A DNA stretch of 32,000 nucleotides from Methylorubrum extorquens (GCA_900234795.1 LT962688.1:5040001-5072000); one strand, 5' to 3'. Shown: positions 16,780-25,924, counted from the first letter of the stretch. Notes: generated from the sequence alone by a model not told the origin. Numbers and translations: made by a program.

Positions 16780-18855
16780 ATGAGCGAAACCCCCGCCGTC
16801 CCCCTGCTCGACACCGTCGATCCCGGCACAGGCCGCCGCGCGGCGCTGGCCGAGGCTGCGCTGATTGTCGAGGCGATCCAGCGCAATGGCGTGCGCCTCG
16901 CCTTCGTGCCGCAGCCCGATCCGGACGTCTCCATCGTCATCGTCGCCCGCGACGCCCGCCACCTCTTGGCGCTCACCCTCTATCGTCTCTGTGCGAGCCA
17001 GGGACTGGCGGGCGTCCGCTTCGAGGTTGTGCTGGTCGATAACGCCTCCGCGCCGGAGACCCGCGCCCTCTACCCGCATCTCGACGGGGTGACGCTGATT
17101 GAGAACGCCACCAACACCGGCTTCGGACCCGCCTGCAACGCGGGCGCGGCCAGGGCGCGGGGGCGCTTCATCCTGTTCCTCAACCCGGATGTCGATCTCC
17201 TGCCCGGCGCGCTGGCGGCGATGGTCGCGACCTTCCGCGATCACGAGGGCACCGGCATTGTCGGCGCCCGCCTCGTCTTCCCCGGCGGCGTGCTGCAGGA
17301 ATCCGGCGCAGGCTTTCGCGACGACGCGCAACTCACCCATCCGCACGGACGCGGCAACGCCGACCCCTTCGCCCCCGAGCATGCCGCGACCCGCGATGTC
17401 GGCTACGTTTCGGGCGCGGTGCTGATGATCGAGCGGGCCCTGTTCGAGGCGCTCGGCGGCTTCGATCCGCTCTTCGCCCCGGCCTATTTCGAGGACACCG
17501 ACCTCTGCCTGCGCTGCCATCAGGCCGGGCGTCGCGTCATCGTGCAGCCGCGCGCCACGGCGATTCACTACGAGAACGCCACCAGCGCCCGCCGCGAGGA
17601 CGTGGAGGCGCTGCTCGACCGCAACCGCGCCCGCTTCCTCGACCGGCACCGGCAGAGCCTGTTCGCGCAGGGGCCGCAGCCGCGCGGCACCGGCCTCCTC
17701 GACCACGATCCCTGGCGCCTGCGGGTGCTCTACGTCGATGATCGGGTACCGCATCTCGATCTCGGCGCCGGCCTGCCGCGGGCCAACGCCATCCTCAATG
17801 CCATGGCGGGTCTCGGCTACGCGGTGACGTTCTTCCCGAACTACGAGGCGGATGCGGAGGAGGCGCGGCGCTACCGCGACCTCGATGAGCGCATCGAGAT
17901 TTCTTACGCCAGCGGCGACGAGGGCTTCGCCCGCCTGATCGCCGAACGGCGCGACCATTACGACGTGCTCTGGGTCAGCCGCCCGCACAACATCCTGTTC
18001 GTCACGCAGGCGCTGCACGCCGCCGGGCTCGACCCGCGCAGCTTCGTGCGCTCGAAGGTGATCTTCGATTCCGAGGCCCTGTTCGCTCTGCGTGACTTCG
18101 TGACGGAGGCTGCGACCGCGGGCAGCGCGGTGGCCGCCGATCTGGCGTGGCAGGCCGAGCGCGAGACGCGCCTGTTCGGGCTCGCCGACGCGGTGGTCTG
18201 CGTCTCCCCGGCCGAGGCACGGGTGCTCGCCCGCTACAGCGCCTGCAACGCCACCGTCCTCGGCCACGCCCTGACCCGACCCGCGGCGCCGACGCCGGGT
18301 TTTGCCGGCCGCACGGGCTTCGTCTTCGTCGGCGCGCTCGCCCGCGAAGGGCAGCCCAACGTCGATTCCCTCGACTGGTTTTTCGGAAGCGTCTGGCCGC
18401 TCGTGCGGGCGCGGTTGCCGGCGGCGCAGCTCACCATCGTGGGTGGGATCGCTCCGGAGATCCGGGAGCGCTATGCGCGCGAGCCGGGTGTGCAGGTCAC
18501 CGGCCGAGTGCCGCAGACCGAGCCCTATCTCGATGCGGCCCGCGTGTTCCTGGCGCCGACGCGCTTCGCCGCCGGCATTCCGCACAAGGTCCATGAGGCG
18601 GTGGCGCGCGGCCTGCCCTGCGTCGTCACGCCGATCCTCGCCGATCAGGTCGGCTGGGCGGACGGCGCCGGCTTCCTCGTGCGCGACTGGCGCGACCCAA
18701 AACCTTTCGCGGAGGCGCTGGTGGCGCTCCACGAGGACGCGGCCTTGTGGGACGCGGTTCGGGAAGAGGGGAGCCGGCACATCGCCGAGGATTGCGACGC
18801 CGATTCCTTCGCGGCGGCGATCCGGGCCCTATGCGAGGCGCAGGTCGTCGCATGA
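16780..18855 (+). CDS. bifunctional glycosyltransferase (N-terminal GT2 domain plus C-terminal GT-B/GT4 domain)
   Basis: An intact 691-aa ORF. The GT2 part is VSIVIVARDA...VVLVDNAS...NTGFGPACNAGA...FLNPDVD...YVSGAVLMIERALFEALGGFDPLFAPAYFEDTDLCLR. The C-terminal half has a GT-B signature (...FVGALAREGQPNVDSL...FLAPTRFAAGIPHKVHEAVARGLPCVVTP). The ATG lies 4 nt after the upstream TAG. Confidence 0.85.
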   Translation: MSETPAVPLLDTVDPGTGRRAALAEAALIVEAIQRNGVRLAFVPQPDPDVSIVIVARDARHLLALTLYRLCASQGLAGVRFEVVLVDNASAPETRALYPHLDGVTLIENATNTGFGPACNAGAARARGRFILFLNPDVDLLPGALAAMVATFRDHEGTGIVGARLVFPGGVLQESGAGFRDDAQLTHPHGRGNADPFAPEHAATRDVGYVSGAVLMIERALFEALGGFDPLFAPAYFEDTDLCLRCHQAGRRVIVQPRATAIHYENATSARREDVEALLDRNRARFLDRHRQSLFAQGPQPRGTGLLDHDPWRLRVLYVDDRVPHLDLGAGLPRANAILNAMAGLGYAVTFFPNYEADAEEARRYRDLDERIEISYASGDEGFARLIAERRDHYDVLWVSRPHNILFVTQALHAAGLDPRSFVRSKVIFDSEALFALRDFVTEAATAGSAVAADLAWQAERETRLFGLADAVVCVSPAEARVLARYSACNATVLGHALTRPAAPTPGFAGRTGFVFVGALAREGQPNVDSLDWFFGSVWPLVRARLPAAQLTIVGGIAPEIRERYAREPGVQVTGRVPQTEPYLDAARVFLAPTRFAAGIPHKVHEAVARGLPCVVTPILADQVGWADGAGFLVRDWRDPKPFAEALVALHEDAALWDAVREEGSRHIAEDCDADSFAAAIRALCEAQVVA

Positions 18856-19737
18856 GCGCATTTCCCGTCGCCCGCCTCGTCGGCCTTGCCAGCGGGCTCC
18901 TGCGCCGCGCCGTGATCGGCCGCGTTCCGAAGCTGTTCGACGCCGCCTATTACCGTGAGCGCAATCCGGGCGTAGCCCGCAGCGGCCTCGACCCGTTCCT
19001 GCACTACGCGTGGTTCGGCGCCCGCCGGGACCGGAACCCGAACGCGGATTTCGACACCGCCTTCTACCGCCGGCAGAGCGGCCGGACCCGGCTCGACCCC
19101 CCTGCGCCACTACGGGCAGATCGGCGCGGCGCAGGGTCTCGATCCGAGCCCCGGCTTCAGCACCAGCCTCTATCTCGCCCGCTATCCCGACGTGGTCGCG
19201 GCGGGGGTCAACCCGCTCCAGCACTTCCGCACCGACGGTCGGGCGGAGGGGCGCGAGGCGGCGCCCTCGCCGATCGAGCCCGACCGCCTGCGGGCGCTCG
19301 ACGGCGTGGCGGAGGATCACCGCCTCACCCTGCCGGAGGCCGAGGGCGGGCGCTTCGCCCTGACGCTGCTGCGCGACAGCCCGCTCGACCGCACGGCGGA
19401 TTTCGCGCCGCGCTTCTGCGTCGAACTCTGCGTCGACGGCGTCGAATACGACGCCCTGCTCGATGCGTTCCGCGCCTTCGAGGCGGGGGCGCAGGCCTCG
19501 CTTGCCCTGGAGATCGACACGGGCGCCGGCCCGCACCCGCCGATGCCGACGCAGCTCCTCGCGTTCGAGCGCTGCTTCGTCTCCCGCTCCGGCGACGGCC
19601 GGGTGCTGCTCCTGCATTATGCTGAGTTGCGAGCCTGGGACCTGCGCCTCAAGCGGCCCGGCGTGGCGGCCGTGTTCCCCGGCGGCCATTTCTCGGCGCG
19701 GCTGCTGGCGAAAGGGGAGGGGTGGCCGGCGGCCTGA
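18852..19737 (+). pseudogene. hypothetical protein with three ~35-aa FDxxxY...NP(L/F)xH(Y/F) repeats, reading frame broken once
   Basis: ATG 18852 overlaps the upstream stop (ATGA). Frame 0 gives MSAFPVARLVGLASGLLRRAVIGRVPKLFDAAYYRERNPGVARSGLDPFLHYAWFGARRDRNPNADFDTAFYRRQSGRTRLDP. The protein then continues in the frame of track ORF 19192..19737 (LRHYGQIGAAQGLDPSPGFSTSLYLARYPDVVAAGVNPLQHFRTDGRAEGREA...). The break falls at C6 19097-19102. The length of 886 nt is 3n+1. Confidence 0.6.
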
Positions 19738-19815
19738 ATCCCCGCCCGGGCCCTTCGGGAAACCGAGGCGGCGATGGGCGTTCCTCGGGTGAAGAACCCG
19801 AGCAGGATAGCCACC

Positions 19816-19997
19816 ATGAGCGACGACGACCGTCAGACGCGCGAGGAGCGCCCCGACTCCACCGGCCCGAATGCCCGGCCCCGCGACACCACCATCGCCC
19901 AGACCGGCGAGGGGGGATTCCCGACGATAGCGGGCGGCCCGTACAGGTCGACGAGACGGAGGCCAAGCGGATCGAGGAGAAGATCCGCGCGCTGTGA
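19816..19997 (+). pseudogene. small hypothetical protein (about 60 aa if repaired), reading frame broken once
   Basis: ATG 19816 (AGGA about 10 nt upstream) gives MSDDDRQTREERPDSTGPNARPRDTTIAQTGEGG with very high GC3. After the G6 run at 19911-19916, coding-like GC3 moves to the other frame (IPDDSGRPVQVDETEAKRIEEKIRAL*). The original frame then fills with AGG and AGA codons. The length of 182 nt is 3n-1. Confidence 0.4.
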
Positions 19998-20017
19998 TCC
20001 AAGCTCAGCCCCCGGCC

Positions 20018-20137
20018 TTCCCATCCGTGGCCTCATCCTGAGGTGCGCAGCGAAGCGGAGCCTCGAAGGATCTTCCAGGGGTCGCGCGGGATCTGGAGGA
20101 TCCTTCGAGGCCGCTTTCGCGGCACCTCAGGATGAGG
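20018..20137. repeat. nested palindromic intergenic repeat, family A, copy 2
   Basis: It has the same 16-bp terminal inverted repeats as copy 1 (20031-20046 and 20122-20137). The inner CCTCGAAGGA / TCCTTCGAGG arms and the left flank TTCCCATCCG are also shared. The central segment of about 27 nt matches the reverse complement of the centre of copy 1. Confidence 0.8.
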
Positions 20138-20170
20138 GCGTCGGGTTAGAGGATCGGCCGCTTGCTGTTG

Positions 20171-21544
20171 TCAGGCTGGCCGCTCCGAAAAGATCGTCTT
20201 CTTGACGATGGCGTGGACGCCCCAGTTGCCGTCGACCACCTGGGTGATGCCGAAATCGACCGCGACCGACATCAACGAGATCGCCTCGTCCTCGGTCAGT
20301 CCCTTCGCCTGCATCAGGAATTGGCGCATCTTGCGGAAGGCGTCGCGCATCGCGAGGTCCAGCGAGGATTTCTGGAAGATCGCGTTCTGCGCGTCCGGGC
20401 CGAGATCCTTCAGGTAGTTCGGGTAGCTGAAGCCCGAGAGCACCCAATCGTCGGCGGTTTCGATCATCGGGAAGTCGAGGGACTCCAGCGACGTGCCGGC
20501 GAGATCGGCCCGCTTGTGCAGGATGAACTGGAAGGTGCCGGTGAGCGAGCACTCGATCGCCGTGCCGCAGAGTTCGGAATCGCCCTGGCTCGCATGGGGG
20601 TCGCCCACCGAGAACAGCGCGCCGGGGACGGCGACCGGGTAATACATCGTCGCGCCCTTGCCGATGCGCCAGTTGTCGATGTTGCCGCCGGTGTAGCTCG
20701 GCGGAATCGAGTTCACCATGTCGGCTTCGGACGGGGCGAGGCCCATCGTGCCGAAATGCGGGCGGATCGGCACGCGGATGCCCTTCAGCACATCGAAGCT
20801 GCGCTTGGTCTTGGTGTGATCGATCGGCAGGCCGGGATAGTCGATCGTCGGATGCTCGCGGCCGTCCGGATCGGTCACGCCCGGCCAGGGGAAGCTGTAG
20901 ACGGCCTTGGCCCAGTCGCGCTCGCCGGTCGCATCGACCTCGTAGATGGTGAGAACCTCGCGCTTCTTAGCCCCCAGCATGTCGTTGTAGTGGTAGCCCC
21001 ACCATGCCGCTGCGTTGCTGCCGAAGGTCCGGCCCTTGAATTTCGGGTTGGCCGAGGGGCGCGGCGCCACGTCGAGGATGCGCACCTCCAGCACGTCGCC
21101 GGGTTCCGCGCCGCGGATCGCCACCGGGCCGGTGCAGATATGAACGCCGAGCCCGCCGCCGGGACCGAGCTTGGAATCCTCCGGCCCGGCGCCGCGGCGC
21201 GGCACGCCCTTCTTCTCCTTGGTCCAGAGGAATACGCTCTCGGCGCCGGGATCGCCCGTCACCATCCGCTCGGCGTCGTCGTTGGCGTGGTGGGTCAGGG
21301 TCTCGATGGTGACGAAGTCGCCCGACTCGATCTCGACCTGGGGTTTGAGGGTCTTCGAGAAGTAGCCCCAGTGGATGGTCTCGGCATTGGCCGGCAGGTG
21401 GTAGTGGGCCGTCTGCTTCAGCCGGCGTGCGCTGCTCTGCGCCAGGGCCGGGCTCACCAGTGAAAGGCCGCCCGCCGCCAGCGCCGCGGCCCCTCCGGTG
21501 GCGACGAAGCCGCTCTTCAGGAAGGACCGCCGCTCGGGCTCCAT
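20171..21544 (-). CDS. acetamidase/formamidase-family amidase with twin-arginine signal peptide
   Basis: Track ORF 20171..21610, with the start taken at ATG 21544 ([36 protein letters not shown]). The body matches the FmdA/AmdA family (...[33 protein letters not shown]...[19 protein letters not shown]...[21 protein letters not shown]...). Confidence 0.85.
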   Translation of the reverse strand: MEPERRSFLKSGFVATGGAAALAAGGLSLVSPALAQSSARRLKQTAHYHLPANAETIHWGYFSKTLKPQVEIESGDFVTIETLTHHANDDAERMVTGDPGAESVFLWTKEKKGVPRRGAGPEDSKLGPGGGLGVHICTGPVAIRGAEPGDVLEVRILDVAPRPSANPKFKGRTFGSNAAAWWGYHYNDMLGAKKREVLTIYEVDATGERDWAKAVYSFPWPGVTDPDGREHPTIDYPGLPIDHTKTKRSFDVLKGIRVPIRPHFGTMGLAPSEADMVNSIPPSYTGGNIDNWRIGKGATMYYPVAVPGALFSVGDPHASQGDSELCGTAIECSLTGTFQFILHKRADLAGTSLESLDFPMIETADDWVLSGFSYPNYLKDLGPDAQNAIFQKSSLDLAMRDAFRKMRQFLMQAKGLTEDEAISLMSVAVDFGITQVVDGNWGVHAIVKKTIFSERPA

Positions 21545-21640
21545 GTCGCGCCGGTAGCGCAGCCGATGTTCGGCGAAGGCGGCACAGGTCGGATCGTCAC
21601 CACGGCACATTGCAGACTCCAGACGCGTTCAACTCCTGGA

Positions 21641-21702
21641 ACTGAATGCAAAATTACAGCCAAGCTCGGGGCCCGTCCTTGCGTGAAGCAGGGGGCCCCG
21701 AG
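21641..21702 (-). terminator. possible terminator downstream of maeB
   Basis: On the minus strand a 10-bp GC stem forms (CUCGGGGCCC / GGGCCCCGAG, 21665-21674 with 21693-21702) around an 18-nt loop. It is followed about 11 nt later by UAAUUUUG. The U tract is not adjacent to the stem, so this is weak. Confidence 0.4.
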
Positions 21703-21712
21703 GCTCGGTGCG

Positions 21713-24046
21713 TTACTCCGAGAGCGGCCCCACGCCGGGTTCGGCCTCCGGCGCAACTTGCAGCGGCACTGCAGCCTGCGCCTCCACCACCGCCGCGGCG
21801 GTGACGTTGACGATGCCACGGGCGGTGACGGAGGGCGTGAGGATGTGCGCCGGCTTGGCCGGGCCGATCAGCAGCGGACCGACCGGCAGCGCGTCGGCGA
21901 GCACCTTGGCGAACTGGAAGGCGATGTTGGCGGCATCCAAGTTCGGGAAGACGAGGATGTTGGCCGCGCCCTTCCAGTTCGAACTCGGCAGCACCCGGTC
22001 GCGGATGAGTTCGGACAGGGCCGAATCCGCCTGCATCTCGCCGTCCGCCTGAAGATCGGGCGCCCGCGCCTGGATCAGTTCGAGCGCACGCCGCATCTTC
22101 TTCGCGGAGGCGGAATCCGATTGGCCGAAATCGGAGTGGCTCAGGAGCGCGATCTTCGGCGTGAGACCGAAACGGCCGACATGGTTCGCGCAGGCGATGG
22201 CGACGTCGGCGATCTCCTCCGCGCTCGGATCCTGGCGGACATGGGTGTCGGCGAGGAAGAAGGCGCCCTTCTTCGTCACGATCAGGCTCATGCCGGCGAA
22301 GTCGATCGAGTCGGGCGAGAGCCCGATCACGTCGCGGATCACCCGCAGGCGCGTCTCGAACCGGCCTTCCAAGCCGCAGATCAGCGCGTCCGCCTCGCCG
22401 CGGCGCACCGCGAGTGCTGCGATCACGGTGGAGTTGGTGCGCACCAGCGTCCGGGCGAGATCGGGGGTGATGCCGCGCCGGCCGGCGATTTCGAGATAGG
22501 TGGCGACGTAATCCCGGTAGCGCGGATCGTCCTCAGGATCGATCAGGTCGAAATGTTCGCCGTGCTTGAGGTCGAGGCCGAAGCGCTTGATGCGGGTCTC
22601 GATCACCCGCGGGCGACCGACCAGGATCGGCCGGGCGACACCGTCCTCGACCACGGCTTGCGCGGCGCGCAGCACGCGCTCGTCCTCGCCCTCGGCGTAG
22701 ATGACGCGCTTCGGATCGCTCTTCGCCTTGGAGAAGAGCGGCTTCATGATGAAGCCGGAGCGGTGCACGAAGCGGTCGAGCGATTCCGCGTAGGCGTCGA
22801 TGTTCTCCACCGGCCGGCCGGCGACGCCCGAATCCATCGCCGCCTTGGCCACCGCGGGCGCGATGCGCACGATCAGGCGCGGATCGAACGGGCTCGGGAT
22901 CAGCGAGCGCGGCCCGAACGGCCGGGCCTCGCCGCCATAGGCGCGGGCGACCACGTCGGAGGGCGTCTCGCGGGCGAGCGCCGCGATCGCCTTCACGGCC
23001 GCCTTCTTCATCTCCTCATTGATCTTGTGGGCGCCGACATCGAGCGCGCCGCGGAAGATGTAGGGGAAGCAGAGGACGTTGTTGACCTGGTTGGGGAAGT
23101 CCGAGCGCCCGGTGCATATCATCGCGTCGGGCCGCGCCTGCTCGGCGAGATCCGGCATGATCTCGGGGTAGGGGTTGGCCAGCGCCATGATCAGCGGCTT
23201 CTCGGCCATCTTCTCGAGATATTCGGGCTTGAGCACCCCGCCCGCCGAGAGACCGATGAACACGTCGGCGCCGGGGATGACTTCGGCCAGGGTCCGCGCG
23301 TCGGTCTCCTGCGCGTAGACGTCCTTCCAGCGGTCCATCAGCTCGGCGCGGCCCTTGTAGACCACGCCCTTGATGTCGGTGACGGTGATGTTCTCACGCG
23401 TCGCGCCAAGCGAGACCAAGAGGTTGAGGCAGGCCAGGGCCGCCGCGCCGGCACCCGAGGTGACGATCTTGGCGTCCGAGAGCCGCTTGCCCGCGAGTTC
23501 GAGTGCGTTGAGGACGGCCGCCGCGACGATGATCGCCGTGCCGTGCTGGTCGTCGTGAAAGACCGGGATGTTCATCCGCTCCCGGCACCGCTCCTCGACC
23601 TCGAAGCATTCCGGCGCCTTGATGTCCTCAAGGTTGATGCCGCCGAAGGTCGGCTCCAGGGCGCAGACCACGTCCACCAGCTTGTCGACGTCCTTCTGGT
23701 CCACCTCGATATCGAACACGTCGATACCGGCGAACTTCTTGAACAGGACCGCCTTGCCCTCCATCACCGGCTTGGAGGCCAGCGGGCCGATATCGCCGAG
23801 GCCGAGCACGGCGGTGCCGTTCGAGAGCACGGCGACGAGGTTCTGGCGGATGGTGAGGGTGGCGGCCTCCTGCGGGTCGTCGTAGATCGCCATGCAGGCG
23901 GCGGCGACGCCGGGAGAGTAGGCCAGCGCCAGATCGCGCTGGTTGCCAAGCGGCTTGGTGGCCTGAATCTCGAGCTTTCCGGGTTTCGGCAGTCGGTGGT
24001 AGACGAGCGCCCCGGACTTCAGATCCTCGGACATATTGTCGGCCAT
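21713..24046 (-). CDS. maeB: NADP-dependent malic enzyme (malic enzyme domain plus phosphotransacetylase-like domain)
   Basis: This is the C-terminal 777 aa of track ORF 21713..25171, from ATG 24046 ([51 protein letters not shown]...). It shows canonical MaeB sequence throughout. AAGAGGA lies about 12 nt upstream. Confidence 0.95.
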   Translation of the reverse strand: MADNMSEDLKSGALVYHRLPKPGKLEIQATKPLGNQRDLALAYSPGVAAACMAIYDDPQEAATLTIRQNLVAVLSNGTAVLGLGDIGPLASKPVMEGKAVLFKKFAGIDVFDIEVDQKDVDKLVDVVCALEPTFGGINLEDIKAPECFEVEERCRERMNIPVFHDDQHGTAIIVAAAVLNALELAGKRLSDAKIVTSGAGAAALACLNLLVSLGATRENITVTDIKGVVYKGRAELMDRWKDVYAQETDARTLAEVIPGADVFIGLSAGGVLKPEYLEKMAEKPLIMALANPYPEIMPDLAEQARPDAMICTGRSDFPNQVNNVLCFPYIFRGALDVGAHKINEEMKKAAVKAIAALARETPSDVVARAYGGEARPFGPRSLIPSPFDPRLIVRIAPAVAKAAMDSGVAGRPVENIDAYAESLDRFVHRSGFIMKPLFSKAKSDPKRVIYAEGEDERVLRAAQAVVEDGVARPILVGRPRVIETRIKRFGLDLKHGEHFDLIDPEDDPRYRDYVATYLEIAGRRGITPDLARTLVRTNSTVIAALAVRRGEADALICGLEGRFETRLRVIRDVIGLSPDSIDFAGMSLIVTKKGAFFLADTHVRQDPSAEEIADVAIACANHVGRFGLTPKIALLSHSDFGQSDSASAKKMRRALELIQARAPDLQADGEMQADSALSELIRDRVLPSSNWKGAANILVFPNLDAANIAFQFAKVLADALPVGPLLIGPAKPAHILTPSVTARGIVNVTAAAVVEAQAAVPLQVAPEAEPGVGPLSE

Positions 24047-24121
24047 GGCGATGCCGTCCTCTTCCGCTCGTTTTTGCGCGCCCGCACCCTCTTCTTGCGG
24101 GGGGCACTGTTGAGGCATCTG

Positions 24122-24748
24122 TTGCAACGGCTGAGGCGGGGGCGCAACCCGCACAACGAGACCCGGCTGCATCTGGAAAAGCTGGCCCAGCGCTGGAATT
24201 TCACAATTGGTGCATACTCTTACGGCCGGCCGAAGGTACGCTTCCCCGAATCCGGCCGGCAGCTGACGATCGGCCGGTATTGTTCCATCGCGGATCGGGT
24301 CGAGATCCTGCTCGGCGGCGACCACCGGCTCGACTGGGTTTCGACCTATCCGTTCGCCGCGATGACCGGCCTCTGGCCGGGGGCGGACGCACCCCAGGAT
24401 TATCACGTCTCGCGCGGCGACGTGATCATCGGCCACGATGTCTGGCTCGGATCGGGCTGCATGATTCTGTCGGGCATCACCGTCGGGCACGGCGCGGTGG
24501 TGGCAGCCCATGCCGTCGTCACGCGGGACGTGCCGCCCTACGCGGTCGTCGCCGGCAATCCGGCCCGGATCGTGCGCCGCCGCTTCGACGAGGCGACGAC
24601 GGCCGCGCTCGTCGAGGCGGCGTGGTGGGATTTCCCGCAATCGACGGTGATGCGGTGGATCCCACTCCTTCAGAGCGGACGGGTGGCGGAGCTGATCGAC
24701 GCGGTGCGAACCGAGCGTGCCGTTGCGGGCGCGCCGCGATTGCCGTAA
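24122..24748 (+). CDS. hexapeptide-repeat xenobiotic acetyltransferase (Vat/CatB-related)
   Basis: This is the C-terminal part of track ORF 21566..24748. It contains [14 protein letters not shown]...[29 protein letters not shown]...[59 protein letters not shown]...WWDFP. Only TTG starts are available. TTG 24122 has GAGG 6 nt upstream and gives 208 aa. Confidence 0.75.
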   Translation: MQRLRRGRNPHNETRLHLEKLAQRWNFTIGAYSYGRPKVRFPESGRQLTIGRYCSIADRVEILLGGDHRLDWVSTYPFAAMTGLWPGADAPQDYHVSRGDVIIGHDVWLGSGCMILSGITVGHGAVVAAHAVVTRDVPPYAVVAGNPARIVRRRFDEATTAALVEAAWWDFPQSTVMRWIPLLQSGRVAELIDAVRTERAVAGAPRLP

Positions 24749-24781
24749 CCGGCCGGCACGATTTCCAGGAACGCACGACCC

Positions 24782-25033
24782 ATGTCCGAAACCCCTCCCG
24801 ATCGCCTCTCGGTCAATCCGAACAGCCCCTATTACGACGAGGCGGTCCTCGCCCGCGGCGTCGGCATTCGCTTCAAGGGTGCCGAGAAGACCAATGTCGA
24901 GGAATACTGCGTCAGCGAGGGCTGGGTGCGGCTCTCGGCCGGCAAGGCGCTCGATCGGGCCGGCAACCCGATGACGGTGAAGCTCAAGGGCGCTGTCGAG
25001 CCGTATTTCCGCGAGGAGCCGGCCGAGGCCTGA
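24782..25033 (+). CDS. DUF3297-like small conserved protein
   Basis: The 83-aa ORF MSETPPDRLSVNPNSPYYDEAVLARGVGIRFKGAEKTNVEEYCVSEGWVRLSAGKALDRAGNPMTVKLKGAVEPYF matches my memory of the DUF3297 family pattern. The family name is from recall and has not been searched. Confidence 0.65.
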   Translation: MSETPPDRLSVNPNSPYYDEAVLARGVGIRFKGAEKTNVEEYCVSEGWVRLSAGKALDRAGNPMTVKLKGAVEPYFREEPAEA

Positions 25034-25050
25034 TTCGGCGGATCGTCGGA

Positions 25051-25085
25051 CCCTGAAACGAAAGAACCCCGCCTGAGCGGGGTTC
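25051..25085 (-). terminator. rho-independent terminator after ctrA (also closes the convergent DUF3297 gene)
   Basis: The stem GAACCCCGC (25064-25072) pairs with GCGGGGTTC (25077-25085) around the loop CTGA. The minus-strand RNA continues UUUCGUUUC. It lies 26 nt past the ctrA stop. Confidence 0.7.
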
Positions 25086-25110
25086 GTTGGCGCGGTCTGG
25101 GGGATCGGCC

Positions 25111-25812
25111 TCAGACCGCCATGCGGTCTTCGCCCTCGACCGGCTCGCGCAGCACGTAGCCACGGCCCCACACGGTCTCGATGTAGTTCTTGCCCGCAGA
25201 CGCGTTCGCCAGCTTCTTGCGCAGCTTGCAGATGAACACGTCGATGATCTTCAGCTCCGGCTCGTCCATGCCGCCGTAGAGATGGTTGAGGAACATCTCC
25301 TTGGTGAGCGTGGTGCCCTTCCGCAGCGAGAGGAGTTCCAGCATCTGGTACTCCTTGCCGGTGAGGTGGACGCGCGAGCCCGAGACCTCGACGGTCTTCT
25401 GATCGAGGTTCACGATCAGGTCGCCGGTGGTGATGACCGACTGAGCGTGGCCCTTCGAGCGGCGGACGATGGCGTGGATCCGCGCCACCAGTTCGTCCTT
25501 GTGGAAGGGTTTGGTCAGGTAGTCGTCGGCGCCGAAGCCGAGGCCCTTCACCTTGTCCTCGATGCCGGCCATGCCGGACAGGATCAGGATCGGGGTCTTC
25601 ACCTTGGCGACGCGCAAGCTCCGCAGCACCTCGTAGCCCGACATGTCGGGCAAGTTCAGATCCAGAAGGATGATGTCATAATCGTAGAGTTTGCCGAGAT
25701 CGACACCCTCTTCGCCAAGGTCAGTCGTGTAGGTGTTGAAGTTCTCGGACTTGAGCATCAATTCGATGCTCTGCGCCGTGGCGCTGTCGTCCTCGATCAG
25801 AAGTACGCGCAT
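25111..25812 (-). CDS. ctrA: cell-cycle response regulator CtrA (OmpR family)
   Basis: Uses ATG 25812 within track ORF 25111..25824. The sequence [80 protein letters not shown]...[19 protein letters not shown]...[14 protein letters not shown] is essentially canonical CtrA. Confidence 0.95.
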   Translation of the reverse strand: MRVLLIEDDSATAQSIELMLKSENFNTYTTDLGEEGVDLGKLYDYDIILLDLNLPDMSGYEVLRSLRVAKVKTPILILSGMAGIEDKVKGLGFGADDYLTKPFHKDELVARIHAIVRRSKGHAQSVITTGDLIVNLDQKTVEVSGSRVHLTGKEYQMLELLSLRKGTTLTKEMFLNHLYGGMDEPELKIIDVFICKLRKKLANASAGKNYIETVWGRGYVLREPVEGEDRMAV

Positions 25813-25924
25813 CGTGATCCCCACCGGACAGGCCGTTTCGGGGCGCTTGAGACAAGCTGCCGCCGGTCGTCCGCCGACGGCCCCGGCGGACGCTCCCTCA
25901 TTCCCACTTTCGAAACGCTATTCC

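Noticed and set aside
2959-19916. Programmed ribosomal frameshifting or phase variation as the explanation for the homopolymer frame breaks.
   Set aside because: The runs are only 4-6 nt, shorter than typical contingency-locus tracts. They lack slippery heptamer-plus-structure contexts. Two genes need two separate shifts in the same direction, which does not fit any known recoding mechanism. Sequencing error or plain pseudogenisation is more parsimonious.
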